Made by a program: the position numbers and the translations under genes. The notes beneath the pieces are model-generated. The model was not told the origin of the DNA, did no database searches, and saw only the letters and a list, made by a program, of their open reading frames with translations. Shown here in pieces: positions 14,309 through 24,933 of a stretch of DNA of 64,000 bases (its first letter is position 1; each line of letters begins with the position of its first letter). Source of the DNA: Selaginella moellendorffii. Its lineage: Eukaryota > Plantae > Lycopodiophyta. The stretch spans positions 588,113 through 652,112 of the forward strand of contig NW_003314335.1 in assembly GCF_000143415.4 (NCBI RefSeq), in the 5' to 3' direction.

Positions 14309-14364
14309 AGTTAAGTGTCCTTGGGTTTGAATAGTACTAGGCTGAGTGACCTCCCGGGAAGTCC
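14309..14364 (+). promoter_or_regulatory. 5S-derived Pol III internal promoter (A box, IE, C box) in 5' LTR
   Basis: agttaagtgtcc...tagtactaggctgagtgacctcccgggaagtcc aligns to 5S AGTTAAGCGTGC...TAGTACTAGGATGGGTGACCTCCTGGGAAGTCC. Confidence 0.8.
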
Positions 14365-14707
14365 AAACTCAGAAGTTTACATTTGGTATCAGAGGGGTCT
14401 TAGGTCCGACTCTGTTGGTTGGCTAAGGGAATCACACCACATGTTGATTGACATCTGGCTGGTCCAGTTTGCTCCTGCTGGGCTTGACCCGAGGGTAGGG
14501 TGTCAAGAGAGCGGGGCTCTTGGGAGAGCTGTGGCTTTCAGCTTCCGTTCACGAGGGCGTGAACTTGCAAGGAAGCATGGTGGATTGTAAGCAACCAAAG
14601 AGAATGACTCGAGAGACGATCCATTAGAGTTCAAATATAGAGGGAAAGGGCCCATGAACAAGAGTGCACCTGTTTTTCCAATCGGTTAAGGGTCTTGGGA
14701 TAATTGG

Positions 14708-14802
14708 AGTTAAGCGTATTTGGGTTTGGGGTCTTGGGATAGTTGGAGTTAAGCGTCTTTGGGTTTGAATAGTACTGGGCTAGGTGACCTCCCGGGAAGT
14801 CC
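14708..14802 (+). promoter_or_regulatory. 5S-derived Pol III promoter in 3' LTR with duplicated A box
   Basis: agttaagcgt occurs at 14708 and 14747 because of a 39-bp tandem duplication. Confidence 0.8.
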
Positions 14803-15064
14803 AAACTCAGGAGTTTACACTTGGTTGCTGGAGAGTTTTAAGTGGTGATTTACTCTTGTTTTCTTTTAGCTTTGTTTTGGTGTTGATGGCATTGAAGTGA
14901 TGCCTTGTCGTTAATATTGTTGATATTGAGATCTGAGTGAAATGACATATCCTTCCAAGGAATGATATTGAGTTTCATTAGTCTTGATGAAGATAGTATT
15001 GATGATTTGGTTATAGCTTTGTGTGGTTGGCATTTATGCATTTGCTAGTTAGCAACTATGTTGA

Positions 15065-15088
15065 AAGCTCTATTTCGTTAAAGTGGGA
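15065..15088 (+). repeat. Left TIR
   Basis: aagctctatttcgttaaagtggga. Confidence 0.95.
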
Positions 15089-15506
15089 ATTGTCATTATC
15101 CCACTTGTAAAATAAGGTTTCCAAACCTTTATATAGTATATAAATATAACAAAATTCAACTGCATTGAGGCACATGCCATTTTATTTTAAACAAAGAAAT
15201 GTCTACTCAATCACTTCTCCTCCCCCTGCCACTGCTTCACCTCTCTCTTCTCCTTGTCATCGTTGTCCAATTTCTTTCCATCCTTTTAATATTGGCTCAG
15301 TTGCTCCGAGTCTAGGTGGAGCCCAAGTCCCCATTCAATCTTTACTTTCCCATTATTAATAAAACAACTTCGTAGACTTCCAATAACATGCTGTAACACT
15401 TCTAGTATAATGCAAATCCTCTCAAAGAATTGTCTTTTAATATTAATACAATGGCATGGAACCCCATGCCATAATAAGTTACATTTTTAAATAAATATAT
15501 GCCATC

Positions 15507-18500
15507 TCAGACTGTTATTTTTTGCCTCCAACGCCTATACAATAATCTTGGAATTTCATCACTCTCCACACTATCAGGATTTAAACCCAATAGTAATGCC
15601 ATCTCTTCTCTAATACGTCCACGCTCATGTTCAGTGGTCGAAGAACCCATCCGGTTGAGCAGATTATGGAGATGCGGATAGTGCTTGGCTAGACAATATA
15701 CATGCCATAAATGATGACTGGTGTCTGTCCGATCAAATGGCTTCTGATATACCGTTCCATCTGCCATTTGGTTGATTTCTGCAGCCACCTCCTGGACTGG
15801 CCGGTTCTCTATCACCATCGCTCCAAGCCGTTTTGCAAGGTCCCCCAGAACATACGGTTTCTTCTCCCTAGTTTCCATACTGCAAGAGATGGGGTGCACT
15901 GCATATGTGTGCGTGTTCGCTGCAGTTTTAATCGGCGAGTCATCGATGATGAGGATTTCACTTGAGCTAGCAGTCCGGTTCATCACTACAGCCTCTGGCT
16001 TGACGAAGATGGGCTTGCTACCCCTCACATGGACCATAGTCAAGCAATCCTCCTGTGTTAGGAGAAAGTCAAATGGTAATATTACTCGCGTCTGATCGTG
16101 CATCATCTGTAGCAACATTAATGCATTGTGGCGCATCATGGATGTCCAAACTCCCAATTGCAAATTGAACCCGGCCCTCTGTTTTAAGTGTCGCATGGTC
16201 ATTATTAGATCCCGCAGTTTCTCCCGTGTGATTAATGTGAATCTGTCTCTTTTGACCAACTTGCGACCGCAGGCTTTGGAGGGTGCAATGACATTCGAGG
16301 ACGAGCCACGCTCATGGGAGAAAAGGACACCGTTCAGATCAAAAACGATACAGTACCTTTGCTGTGACTCTGAAATGAAATGCGTCAGCATAAAAAATGG
16401 TACAAGTCAATTTTACCATCTACAATATTAGCGAATGTTGCTCCCGATGGTCGTTGAGAGGGTTTTGGTCGAGGAAACGTGAAGGGCGGAAATACTCTCC
16501 TCTGCAATGTGGGGTCAATCGCATCCGATGGCATGTGGGCACATGCCATTTCAGCTATAGACTTTGGTACAACTGGCTCAACAGTGGCATGGGGTGGTTC
16601 CGATGGCGTGTGATCACACGCCATTTCAGCTGGTGTCTCCGTTGGCAAAGTGGACATGACCGAACAGGCAGCAGGGGTGGTGTAGGGAGGTTCCAACGGC
16701 GCGTGGTCAGACGATTGGGCACACGTTGAGTCCGTTGGAAATGAGGATACGACCGGCTCGGCGGCTGGGGCGGCCTCATGTGGGTCCAATGGCGCCTGGT
16801 CACCGTCAGTTGGATACGTGGACAAGATTGACTCAGTGGTATGGGCAGCATCAAGTGGAGCATGGTCAGCTTGCTTGGCGTTGATATGGATAGTAGCCTC
16901 CACCAGCTCTGATGACTCTTGCAGCCAAGTAGAGTCCACTGGCGGATCCATATGCATGTCCAAATATCTCCCTTCGATTGAGATGGTATCCTCCCGTGCT
17001 ACTAAAAACAAACTCATTAGCACATTGAATCGACTATACTGTATTTACCATCAACTGCTATTGAGGAACTAGGACCGATATCACTTGAGCGCACTGCTGA
17101 TTCTGAAGGATTGGACATACGTTTCGACCCTTGCTTGGCACTATCCTTCCTCGACACTAAAGGCTAGAGTTTGTAAATTCAACTGAATAATCTCTACTTA
17201 CCATTTGCTCTGTGACCTACATGGACAATGTTAGAAATGGTAAAAGGTTAGGAATGGATGTATTATTATTTACCTGATGGTTTGTCTTGTATGACCTTCC
17301 TCCGCCGCTCTTTGGCCACCTCAGGCTGGCCATCGTCGTCATCATCGTCGTCGTCGTTATTGTGATCGTCACCATTGTGAGGACCATCCAAGTCCTCTTC
17401 GTCCTCCTCTTCTTTGTCCTCCTCTTCGTCCTTCTGCTCTTCCTGCTCATTATCTTTCTCTGGCTCCTCATCCCCCTCCTGCATTTCTTCCATAGGCTGC
17501 TCAGGCTGGATGGCTTGTTCTTCTAGGACCATCTTGGGAAAATCATCTGGCCGAGTCTCCATCTCAAAATACAAGACATCCATAGCCTGTTTTAGTGCGT
17601 GACCTAGGACCGTATCCTCACCCGACTGTCTTAACATGGTTTCTGCACGTTCTTGCACCCTTCGAAGACGACGAGATGAGAAAAACGTGGCCCTGCCTTG
17701 AAAAGCTTCCCTCATCCATTGTACCTCTCCATTGAGATTGGGGAAGGGGAGTCCGCCATAGGAATCTGAGTCATGAGGTGGTGACTGCCTGCTTTCACTC
17801 AGCCCTTGATCTGCAATGAATGGCATGAGCACACACGCCATAACCGCGAGGCATTACCTATCATATTTTCGTTGCCCTTCTTCCTTTTCGAATCAAACGC
17901 CTCTGATCTCGACGACTGTCCAACGTGCTTTCGCTTTTTATGACCACTGTCAGTTTGAGCTTGGCTGGTGCTTGCCTGTTTTGCCTTTGAAGAAGTTTCT
18001 CCTGCAAGGAATGGCATGAGACCACACGCCATTGCAAATATAATTTGTACCTCCTTTTTTCCTATTGCTTTTCTGTTTGTCCTTCTTCGATGCGCCACCA
18101 GTGCGCTTTTCAGTCCTCGTGTCTGAATATTCACAACGATCTATAATCAAAATGGCGTGAGGCCTCACGTGACCTTACCTTGTGTAGGTTGTGAGCTCGG
18201 CCCAACATGGGTATCTTCAACAGTAGCTGTTAACGCCGTTTCAGCATCTGGGGGTGGCCACGCTCCTGCATACAGAGCTTGTGAGATAACATTTAAACTT
18301 AAAGTGCGTACTCACCAGGTTCGCAGAGAAGATACTGTTTTTCTTTGGCAACTGTAATTATATGCTCCATTGAAGTCACCTCTTCAATGGAGTTTGTCAC
18401 CGCAACACACGGGACACCCTTGAGTAGTGCGGCTTGAAAGAATAGTCCGCCGCAGTTGTACTCGACAACGCATTTGCCCTTGGAGTCGGAAGCAGGTGAC

Positions 18501-21114
18501 CCACCCGCTATTGCGTTGAAGACCCAGCTGAGCATTTCCCATGCTGCACCTGGAGCTTTCTTTGGATTCGAAAGCTCCATAGCCGTCTTCAGTTCCTCAG
18601 GCACGGGTAAATTGACCTCCCTCAGATCAATTCGATTGGCCTTGTCGAACGAAGCTGGGAAGTCACTCTAGTCCCACTCTGCTGCAGGACCAATAACAAG
18701 GGCGAGTGTGAAGATGCGGACATTCGTCGGTATCTTCTTCTTAGCCATTATCCCATGGATCTCCCGCATCTCCTTGCCTTTCAACTGAGCCTTCACCTTG
18801 TTCAAGGCCTTCCAGAACTTGTGATAGGATTCGGAGTCGTAGATCATATAGTGGACTGAAGATTCCACCTCCGCAAGTCCCACCATTAAGTCAATGATGG
18901 AGCTGACTTCGTCTGCATGAGTGATCTCCTCGTTTGTGAAGTCCATCACACAAAAGATGTTCTTGACCTGCTCATCTCCGCGGGAAACGATGCTCCTCCA
19001 CCTTTGATCCTCATCCGAATTCAAGTATACCCGGTAAGGTTCTCGATAGGCCTCTGCTGCGGGGTCGAGTTGTTTCTGAAGCCGGCGGTCGACATCAATC
19101 TTAATGAAATTTGGATACTGATCCAACTTCTCAGCTTTACTTTTCGTGGCATCCCGCAGCAGATCGATGAACTTGGGGGCCCCCTTCACGTACTCGTCGA
19201 TGTCTTCATTTGACAACTCCAGCGCTTCCATCATCTCTTGCGTGGTGTCGATGCTCACCCTCTCCACGGCCACTTGCTCGAAGATCCAATCCTTCAATAG
19301 CGCATGAGCTCTCAGAGTCGTGCACAAGTCCTCGTATGTCACAATATGGCCGGGAGTCATTTTGGTCTTGTTGAAGACAACCTCACCACGTAGAAGAGCA
19401 TTAGCCACTGTCAGAAGGTCGTCGTCGTCTAGAGACCGCAAGAAACGCAAGGCGTTGAGCTTCAAATCATTGGGCTTCCGGCCGTCCTCCACACCCATTG
19501 AGTTTGGCAACTCCCCGTCATGGTACCTCCTCAGCACATCTACCCATTTGTCAAAAACAACTTTTGTCGCGAGTAGAATGTTATGGATGCTGAGTGTGTC
19601 ATTGACCCCCAGTGTTTTCGAGAGAAGACTCGAGAATTCCTGCAATGGAAATGGCGTGAGGCCACATGCTATGCCACATACAACGAGGCTTACCTGCCAG
19701 GCGCTAGTTGCTAGTGCACGTCCTTGTCCTGGTTTTTGTGGCTTCTTCAGTTGAACCCAGAGCTTCCGTGTTCGTGCCAATGTCTCGTGCAGACCCGATT
19801 TGTAGCACGTTTCTTGCTTGACATTCTGCGCGTGGGAGATGTATATGATAGATCGGAGGGGCGAGTTGCCTTTTATCAGGCGGACAACTCTTGTCTTGAA
19901 GACTTTCTTCACCTCCTCGCCCACCATAATATCCACAACTATCTCTTGCATCGCCAAGCTAGAATGCTGCCCGAAGACGGCATAGAACCGGATGTTCTGA
20001 TCGTCCAACACCTTCCTATTGATCAAGTCTGGAAACCTCATCTCGCCCTTCATTTTTTGGTAGTAGGGGATCACGTTTGCGATGTCGGGTGTTACTGGAC
20101 TTGCCAGCATCTTCTGCTTCAATTTCTCCACCCACTCATCAGATACTAGCCTGTGGTTGTATTTGCTTTGGATGTCGATACGGCTCACGTCGATTGTATA
20201 TACTTTGTTGGAATAGTAACAAGTACTATTATCTGCGACGATTTTTGCTGCCTCTTCTTGCTCTTTCTGCTCTTTGCGGCTCTTCTTTTTGGTGGGTGTA
20301 GTGTTCGAACCCGAGGCAATGGCATCACTGAGTAGCTTCTTTTTTGGAGCAGGAGAGTCGGACGTCGGCTTGAGCTTGACCACCCTTTTCTGCTTCGAGG
20401 TAGTTTCCAGATCGACCCCCTTCCCCTTTGCTTCGCGAACTGGAGTCACTCTCAACGGCTCAATGTTGGAATATAGTTTTTGAACATCGCCGTAGGTGAG
20501 GTCCGTGGATTCCATGTGATCTTCATAGACCCGCAGCGTCTTTGAAATTGTGGGCCTCCTGGACAACCTCTCCCTAGCTCCCTCTAGGAATTCCTCATAG
20601 CCGCTGCCCCCCTCCGGGAAGCCGCTAGGATGTGCAAGGTGGATCTTGAAGGCAGACGCTGTCTCTACCACAAGTGCCAGTCCATATTCTTGCATGGAAC
20701 TGCATGGAGTGTCTGTCACTTGAATGAGGATCCCCATGCATTCTTTTCTCCCACCATCTGTGTTGTACAGCCTCAGATCCTCGCCTTCCATCCCAAAAGT
20801 CCAACTGGTGAGCTCCTCCCCCTTCTCTGCATCCACATTGACAGTGGCTGGAAGAAGAACGCAATTCCTCGCCTGTTCAGAAATGCACAACAATTAGAGC
20901 TGACAGATGAAAAGCTAGTAGCTGGAAATAACGTGAGGCCACACGCCATTCACCACTGCATCAGATGTCTTGAGGCTGCATCCTAAGATGGCGTGAGGCT
21001 ACACGCCATCTGTAATCGGACTGCACTCGAGAGCCCAATCGGTGCATGCCAATGTTGCTACTGAATGGCATGTGGCCTCATGCCATTTTCTACTTGGCCT
21101 AAAAGACTTACCAT
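15507..21114 (-). CDS. Transposon cargo gene ~1640 aa: ParB-like domain, degenerate N6/N4-MTase-like domain, basic/acidic and Pro-rich regions, FCP1/NIF-type HAD phosphatase (one nonsense codon in this copy)
   Basis: Manual GT-AG model: exons 21114-21112, 20872-19694, 19639-18316, 18265-18179, 18140-18051, 18001-17858, 17810-17274, 17216-17202, 17156-17049, 17001-16417, 16369-15507 join in frame. Motifs FYAVFGQHS..AQN; CVVEYNCGG..AALLKG; VFDLNGVL, VWTS, IIDDSPIK. TAG at 18668-18670 is TGG in copy 1. Confidence 0.72.
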
Positions 21115-21317
21115 TTGAAGCCGAATGGAGGCGTGACAACCGGACTCGCTGGCGAATGTGCACTGTGTGTGCAGCGGATCGTAGCAGCAAGGCTACTCTG
21201 CCACTTACAGTTGGAGAGTGGCGCTGAAATCTCCCGGGACGCCAAGTGGGCTGCGTGTGGGTGGCGGAGTGGGCGGCGGAGTTGGCGGCGAAGTTACAAA
21301 CTAGGTGTGTCTTGAAG

Positions 21318-21452
21318 TGGACGCCGATGCACACGAGCGCGATGCGAGCGCGAGTGTGATGCAAGCGCGAGTGGACGCCGATGCACACGAGAAACCTGTA
21401 GAGAAGTGGGAGCGCGATGCGAGCGCGAGTGGGAGCGCGATGCGAGCGCGAG
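21318..21452. repeat. CpG-rich short tandem repeats upstream of cargo gene
   Basis: Repeated gcgcgatgcgagcgcgagt and gtggacgccgatgcacacgag units. Confidence 0.8.
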
Positions 21453-22346
21453 TACGAAGCAAAATGTAAAACCTAACCTCACACGCGCGAAATGTCACGA
21501 CGGTTGGTAATCCCGCCACGTCATCATTTCTCGGACTTGGGCACCACCATTAATTTCTGGATCGGCGCGCGCATGCGTGAAATACAAAAGAAATCCACAA
21601 CGTCATCATTCCTCGGACTGCATGCACGCGAAATCCAAAAGAAAGATCATGATTGGGATATCATTTAATACCCTCGCTATATTTATACCATGCATGATTG
21701 GATATTCCAAAGCATCTTGTATTTCCAAAAATGCCAGATGTTCAACTAAATAAATTGTCAGAAGATGACGTTCAAGCATGTGGGCTCATGCAATTTTGAT
21801 CCCAAAAAATGCACCAAAAAATGCTCGGCGTCATCTGGCGTTATCTCTTGAATGGCGTGGGGCTGCATGCCATTTTCAGGAGCACATAGGAGTATATTCC
21901 TAGAATATTCTGACACGCGCGAGATTGTTTTGAGTTTCCTGGAGATCCAACCGTTAGATCGCAACTAGATTTTACAGAATGGTATACAATGTCCTTCTTG
22001 ATGACCCTGCAAAGAAGCATCTCGATCGGACACCACATGAGACCACACGAGCCTTACAATGTTTCAGGGGCATTTGCCATAGATCCGACCGTTATTTTGC
22101 TCCAAGATTCTACAGTTTGGTGTGCATTGACCTTTCCATCGACACTGCAAAGGGACATCACAATCAGATGCGGGATCACAAGAAACCAACTTCACTAACT
22201 CTGGTTTCACCAATATCTACGTAAGGAGTTATGAAATGAAAGGACCCTCTCTATTGAAATGTGTTTATGGTCCTAGGGGCATTGTGACATATCCAAGGAT
22301 TTTGCATCAAGTTCTGTATTTGCATGTTTATCAAGCTACTGAATTG

Positions 22347-22372
22347 CTAAACCCTAAACCCTAAACCCTAAA
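22347..22372. repeat. Short plant telomere tract (CCCTAAA)n
   Basis: ctaaaccctaaaccctaaaccctaaa. Confidence 0.85.
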
Positions 22373-23420
22373 CATGTGGCAAATGCTGCGTGAAGAAAGA
22401 TGCCCTTTCTGGGCAAATGCTGTAAGAGGCAGATGCCGAGCAGATGTATCTCAGGCTAGTGAAGGGGACAAACGAAAGCTAACAACCAAAGGAATGTAAG
22501 CAACCAAAGGAATGTAAGTAGGGCATGTGTTTGTAAGTTTAAAAATGCCTCAACCACTTAAATTCCCAAGTAAATAAAGCTGTTTCTATTTTTGGTACAG
22601 GTAAACTTTATAGCGTGTGGGCTCATGCAATTTTGAACCCAAAAATGCACCAAAAAATGCTCGACTAGCATTATTCTTTGAATGGCGTGTGGCCTTATAT
22701 TGCCATAAATGACACAGCATAATTATTCCTTTACACGGCGAATAATCTTGGAGCACATAGGAGTATATTCCTAGAATATTCTAACACGCGCGAGATTGTT
22801 TTGAGTTTCCTAGAGATCCAACCGTTAGATCGCAACCAGATTTTACAGAATGGTATACAATGTCCTTCTTGATGACCCTGCAAAGAAGCATCTCGATCGG
22901 ACACCACATGAGACCACACGAGCCTTACAATGTTTCAGGGGCATTTGCCATAGATCCGACCGTTATTTTGCTCCAAGATTCTACAGTTTGGTGTGCATTG
23001 ACCTTTCCATCGACACTGCAAATGTCAAGACCCCCAACAAGATCAAGACTGGAAAATGCTAAAGACAAAGAGAAAAAGCTAGTGAAAACAAAGAAGAGGC
23101 CTTAGACTGGTGTTGATTCAGATTGTGGAGAAATGGAACAAGACTAACCTATATATACTATAGGTTGATGAAGCTCCACCACTCTTGGATCGAGGACAGC
23201 CTAAATACAGCTGAGGTCGAGGAGGCGCCACATCATCATCAGGAATGTGGCTCGAGACTCAGGAATCGGGAAGTGTCTCGAGAGTCAGGAATAGGGAAGT
23301 GTCTCGAGAGTCAGGAATAGAGAAGTGTCTCGAGAGTCAGGAATGTGGTCTGCAGGTCAGGAATCCGGCGAGAGTCAGGAATGTGGCAAGAATTGGGGGA
23401 TTCCTGACAGCACCCCCTCC

Positions 23421-24839
23421 TCAAGAACGAGTGGAATGAGGATGTGAACGAGAACGAAGAGGAGGATGAGATGAGCGGCGAGGGATGGGAGATGGAGAAA
23501 AAGAATGAGAACTGGGACGAGAAGGATAGCGGCGGTGGAAGTCCTGAACAAGGTCAGGAGAATGAATCAGGTTGTCCGCAGGTTCCCAAGTGCGTTCCTC
23601 AGGTCCGTAACCCTTCCAGTCCACCAGATAGTAGAGTTTAGATCGTGAAATCTTGGAATCAAGGATGTCCTGAACCTCGTACTCAGACCCATCCTCGAGC
23701 TGCACTGGTGGAGGCGGAGGAATGACCCGATTTGGAATAGGATTGGGAATATAAGGCTCAAGGAGAGAGGAGTGAAAAACGGGGTGAATTTGATATGAGG
23801 AGGGAAGTGCAAGGCGATAAGTGACAGGATTAATGATGGCAGTGATAGGGAAAGGACCAAGGCGTTTGAAATCGAGTTTTGGACAGGGCCTGGTGGTGGA
23901 GATATTTCGCCTGAGGAGCCAGACTTTATCCCCGATATTGTAAGGGGGACAATCCTGACGATGGACATTGGCAAATGTTTTATGAGATTCCTGAGCACGA
24001 TGGAGGTGGAAGGAGATGGAGTTGTGGATTTCCTGAAGGTTGGAGAGAAATGATTCAGAGCGGGGATTTGAACGAGAGGATTCAGATGGAGAAGGAAGTG
24101 AGAGATTGAATCGGGGATTTCGGCCAGAGTTCGCAAAGAAGGGGGAAACTCGAAGAGAGGAGTGAACAGAGTTGTTATAGGAGAACTCAGCAAGGGGAAG
24201 GATATCGAACCAGTTATCCTGATGATAGTTGATGAAGCACCTCAAGAATTGTTCCAATGTCTGAATCGTTCGCTCGGACTGCCCATCAGTTTGAGGATGA
24301 TATGCCGAAGAGAGGTTGGCCTTCACTCCAAGCAACTGCAAAAACCGTTGCCAGAAATGAGAGATGAACTGAGGCCCCCGATCCGAAACCACATCTGTAG
24401 GAATCCCATGAAGTCGAAAAATTTCCCTGAATACCAGTTTTGCCATGTCCTCGCCCGAAAACTCCTTGGTACATGGCAAGAAGTGCGCCATCTTTGTGAA
24501 GCGATCCACCACGACTAAAATGCTGTTGAAGCCTCCAGAACTCAGAAGATCACTCAAGAAATCCATGGAGATGGATTCCCAAGGACCTGAAGGGACCGGA
24601 AGGGAACGAAGCAAACCTGAAGGAAGGTGGCGAGGTACCTTATTCCGGGCACAAGTGTCACAGGAGGTAACAAAAGCTTTGATGTAGTCGTCCATGTGAG
24701 GCCACCAAAAGTCCCGTGCAACTAGCTCATAGGTTTTCGCAATGCCGAAGTGACCAGCAGTTGGGCTATCGTGGCACGCCATCAGGATCAACCTTCGAGC
24801 ATCACCTTCAGGAACGTAAAGCTGCTCCCCACGGTACAA
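23421..24839 (-). CDS. Integrase plus chromodomain part of pol (cut off by upstream frameshift and stop)
   Basis: H..H..C..C zinc finger, SMDF / SDRG / SE catalytic core, GPF motif, YEVQDILD..YYLVDWKGY..TWEP chromodomain. Confidence 0.93.
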   Translation of the reverse strand: MYRGEQLYVPEGDARRLILMACHDSPTAGHFGIAKTYELVARDFWWPHMDDYIKAFVTSCDTCARNKVPRHLPSGLLRSLPVPSGPWESISMDFLSDLLSSGGFNSILVVVDRFTKMAHFLPCTKEFSGEDMAKLVFREIFRLHGIPTDVVSDRGPQFISHFWQRFLQLLGVKANLSSAYHPQTDGQSERTIQTLEQFLRCFINYHQDNWFDILPLAEFSYNNSVHSSLRVSPFFANSGRNPRFNLSLPSPSESSRSNPRSESFLSNLQEIHNSISFHLHRAQESHKTFANVHRQDCPPYNIGDKVWLLRRNISTTRPCPKLDFKRLGPFPITAIINPVTYRLALPSSYQIHPVFHSSLLEPYIPNPIPNRVIPPPPPVQLEDGSEYEVQDILDSKISRSKLYYLVDWKGYGPEERTWEPADNLIHSPDLVQDFHRRYPSRPSSHSFSPSPIPRRSSHPPLRSRSHPHSTRS

Positions 24840-24933
24840 TAAGCCATCTAAGAACTCGAACTCGTCAAATCACCGGCAGTCGGGAGTCACTGGGTGTCCA
24901 GCCTGAAGATGGGGAAAAATGTCGCTAGCGAGA

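Larger units (their letters stand above)
14187..14819 (+). mobile_element. Cassandra-type TRIM with 5S rRNA domain in LTRs
   Basis: LTRs 14187-14381 and 14586-14819 (TG..CA); PBS tggtatcagag at 14384; ~200 bp interior; TSD CTTGG (14182-14186, 14820-14824), single in the empty site near 8176. LTRs contain agttaagcgtctttgggtttgaatagtactgggctaggtgacctcccgggaagtcc, matching the plant 5S rRNA internal control region. Confidence 0.92.

Noticed and set aside
14309-14802. 5S rRNA genes
   Set aside because: Only the ~55-nt internal control region is present, inside LTRs; 5S ends and terminator are absent.
15507-21114. Active DNA methyltransferase call for the cargo protein
   Set aside because: No intact DPPY or FxGxG motif; only an inactive-fold hypothesis is supportable.
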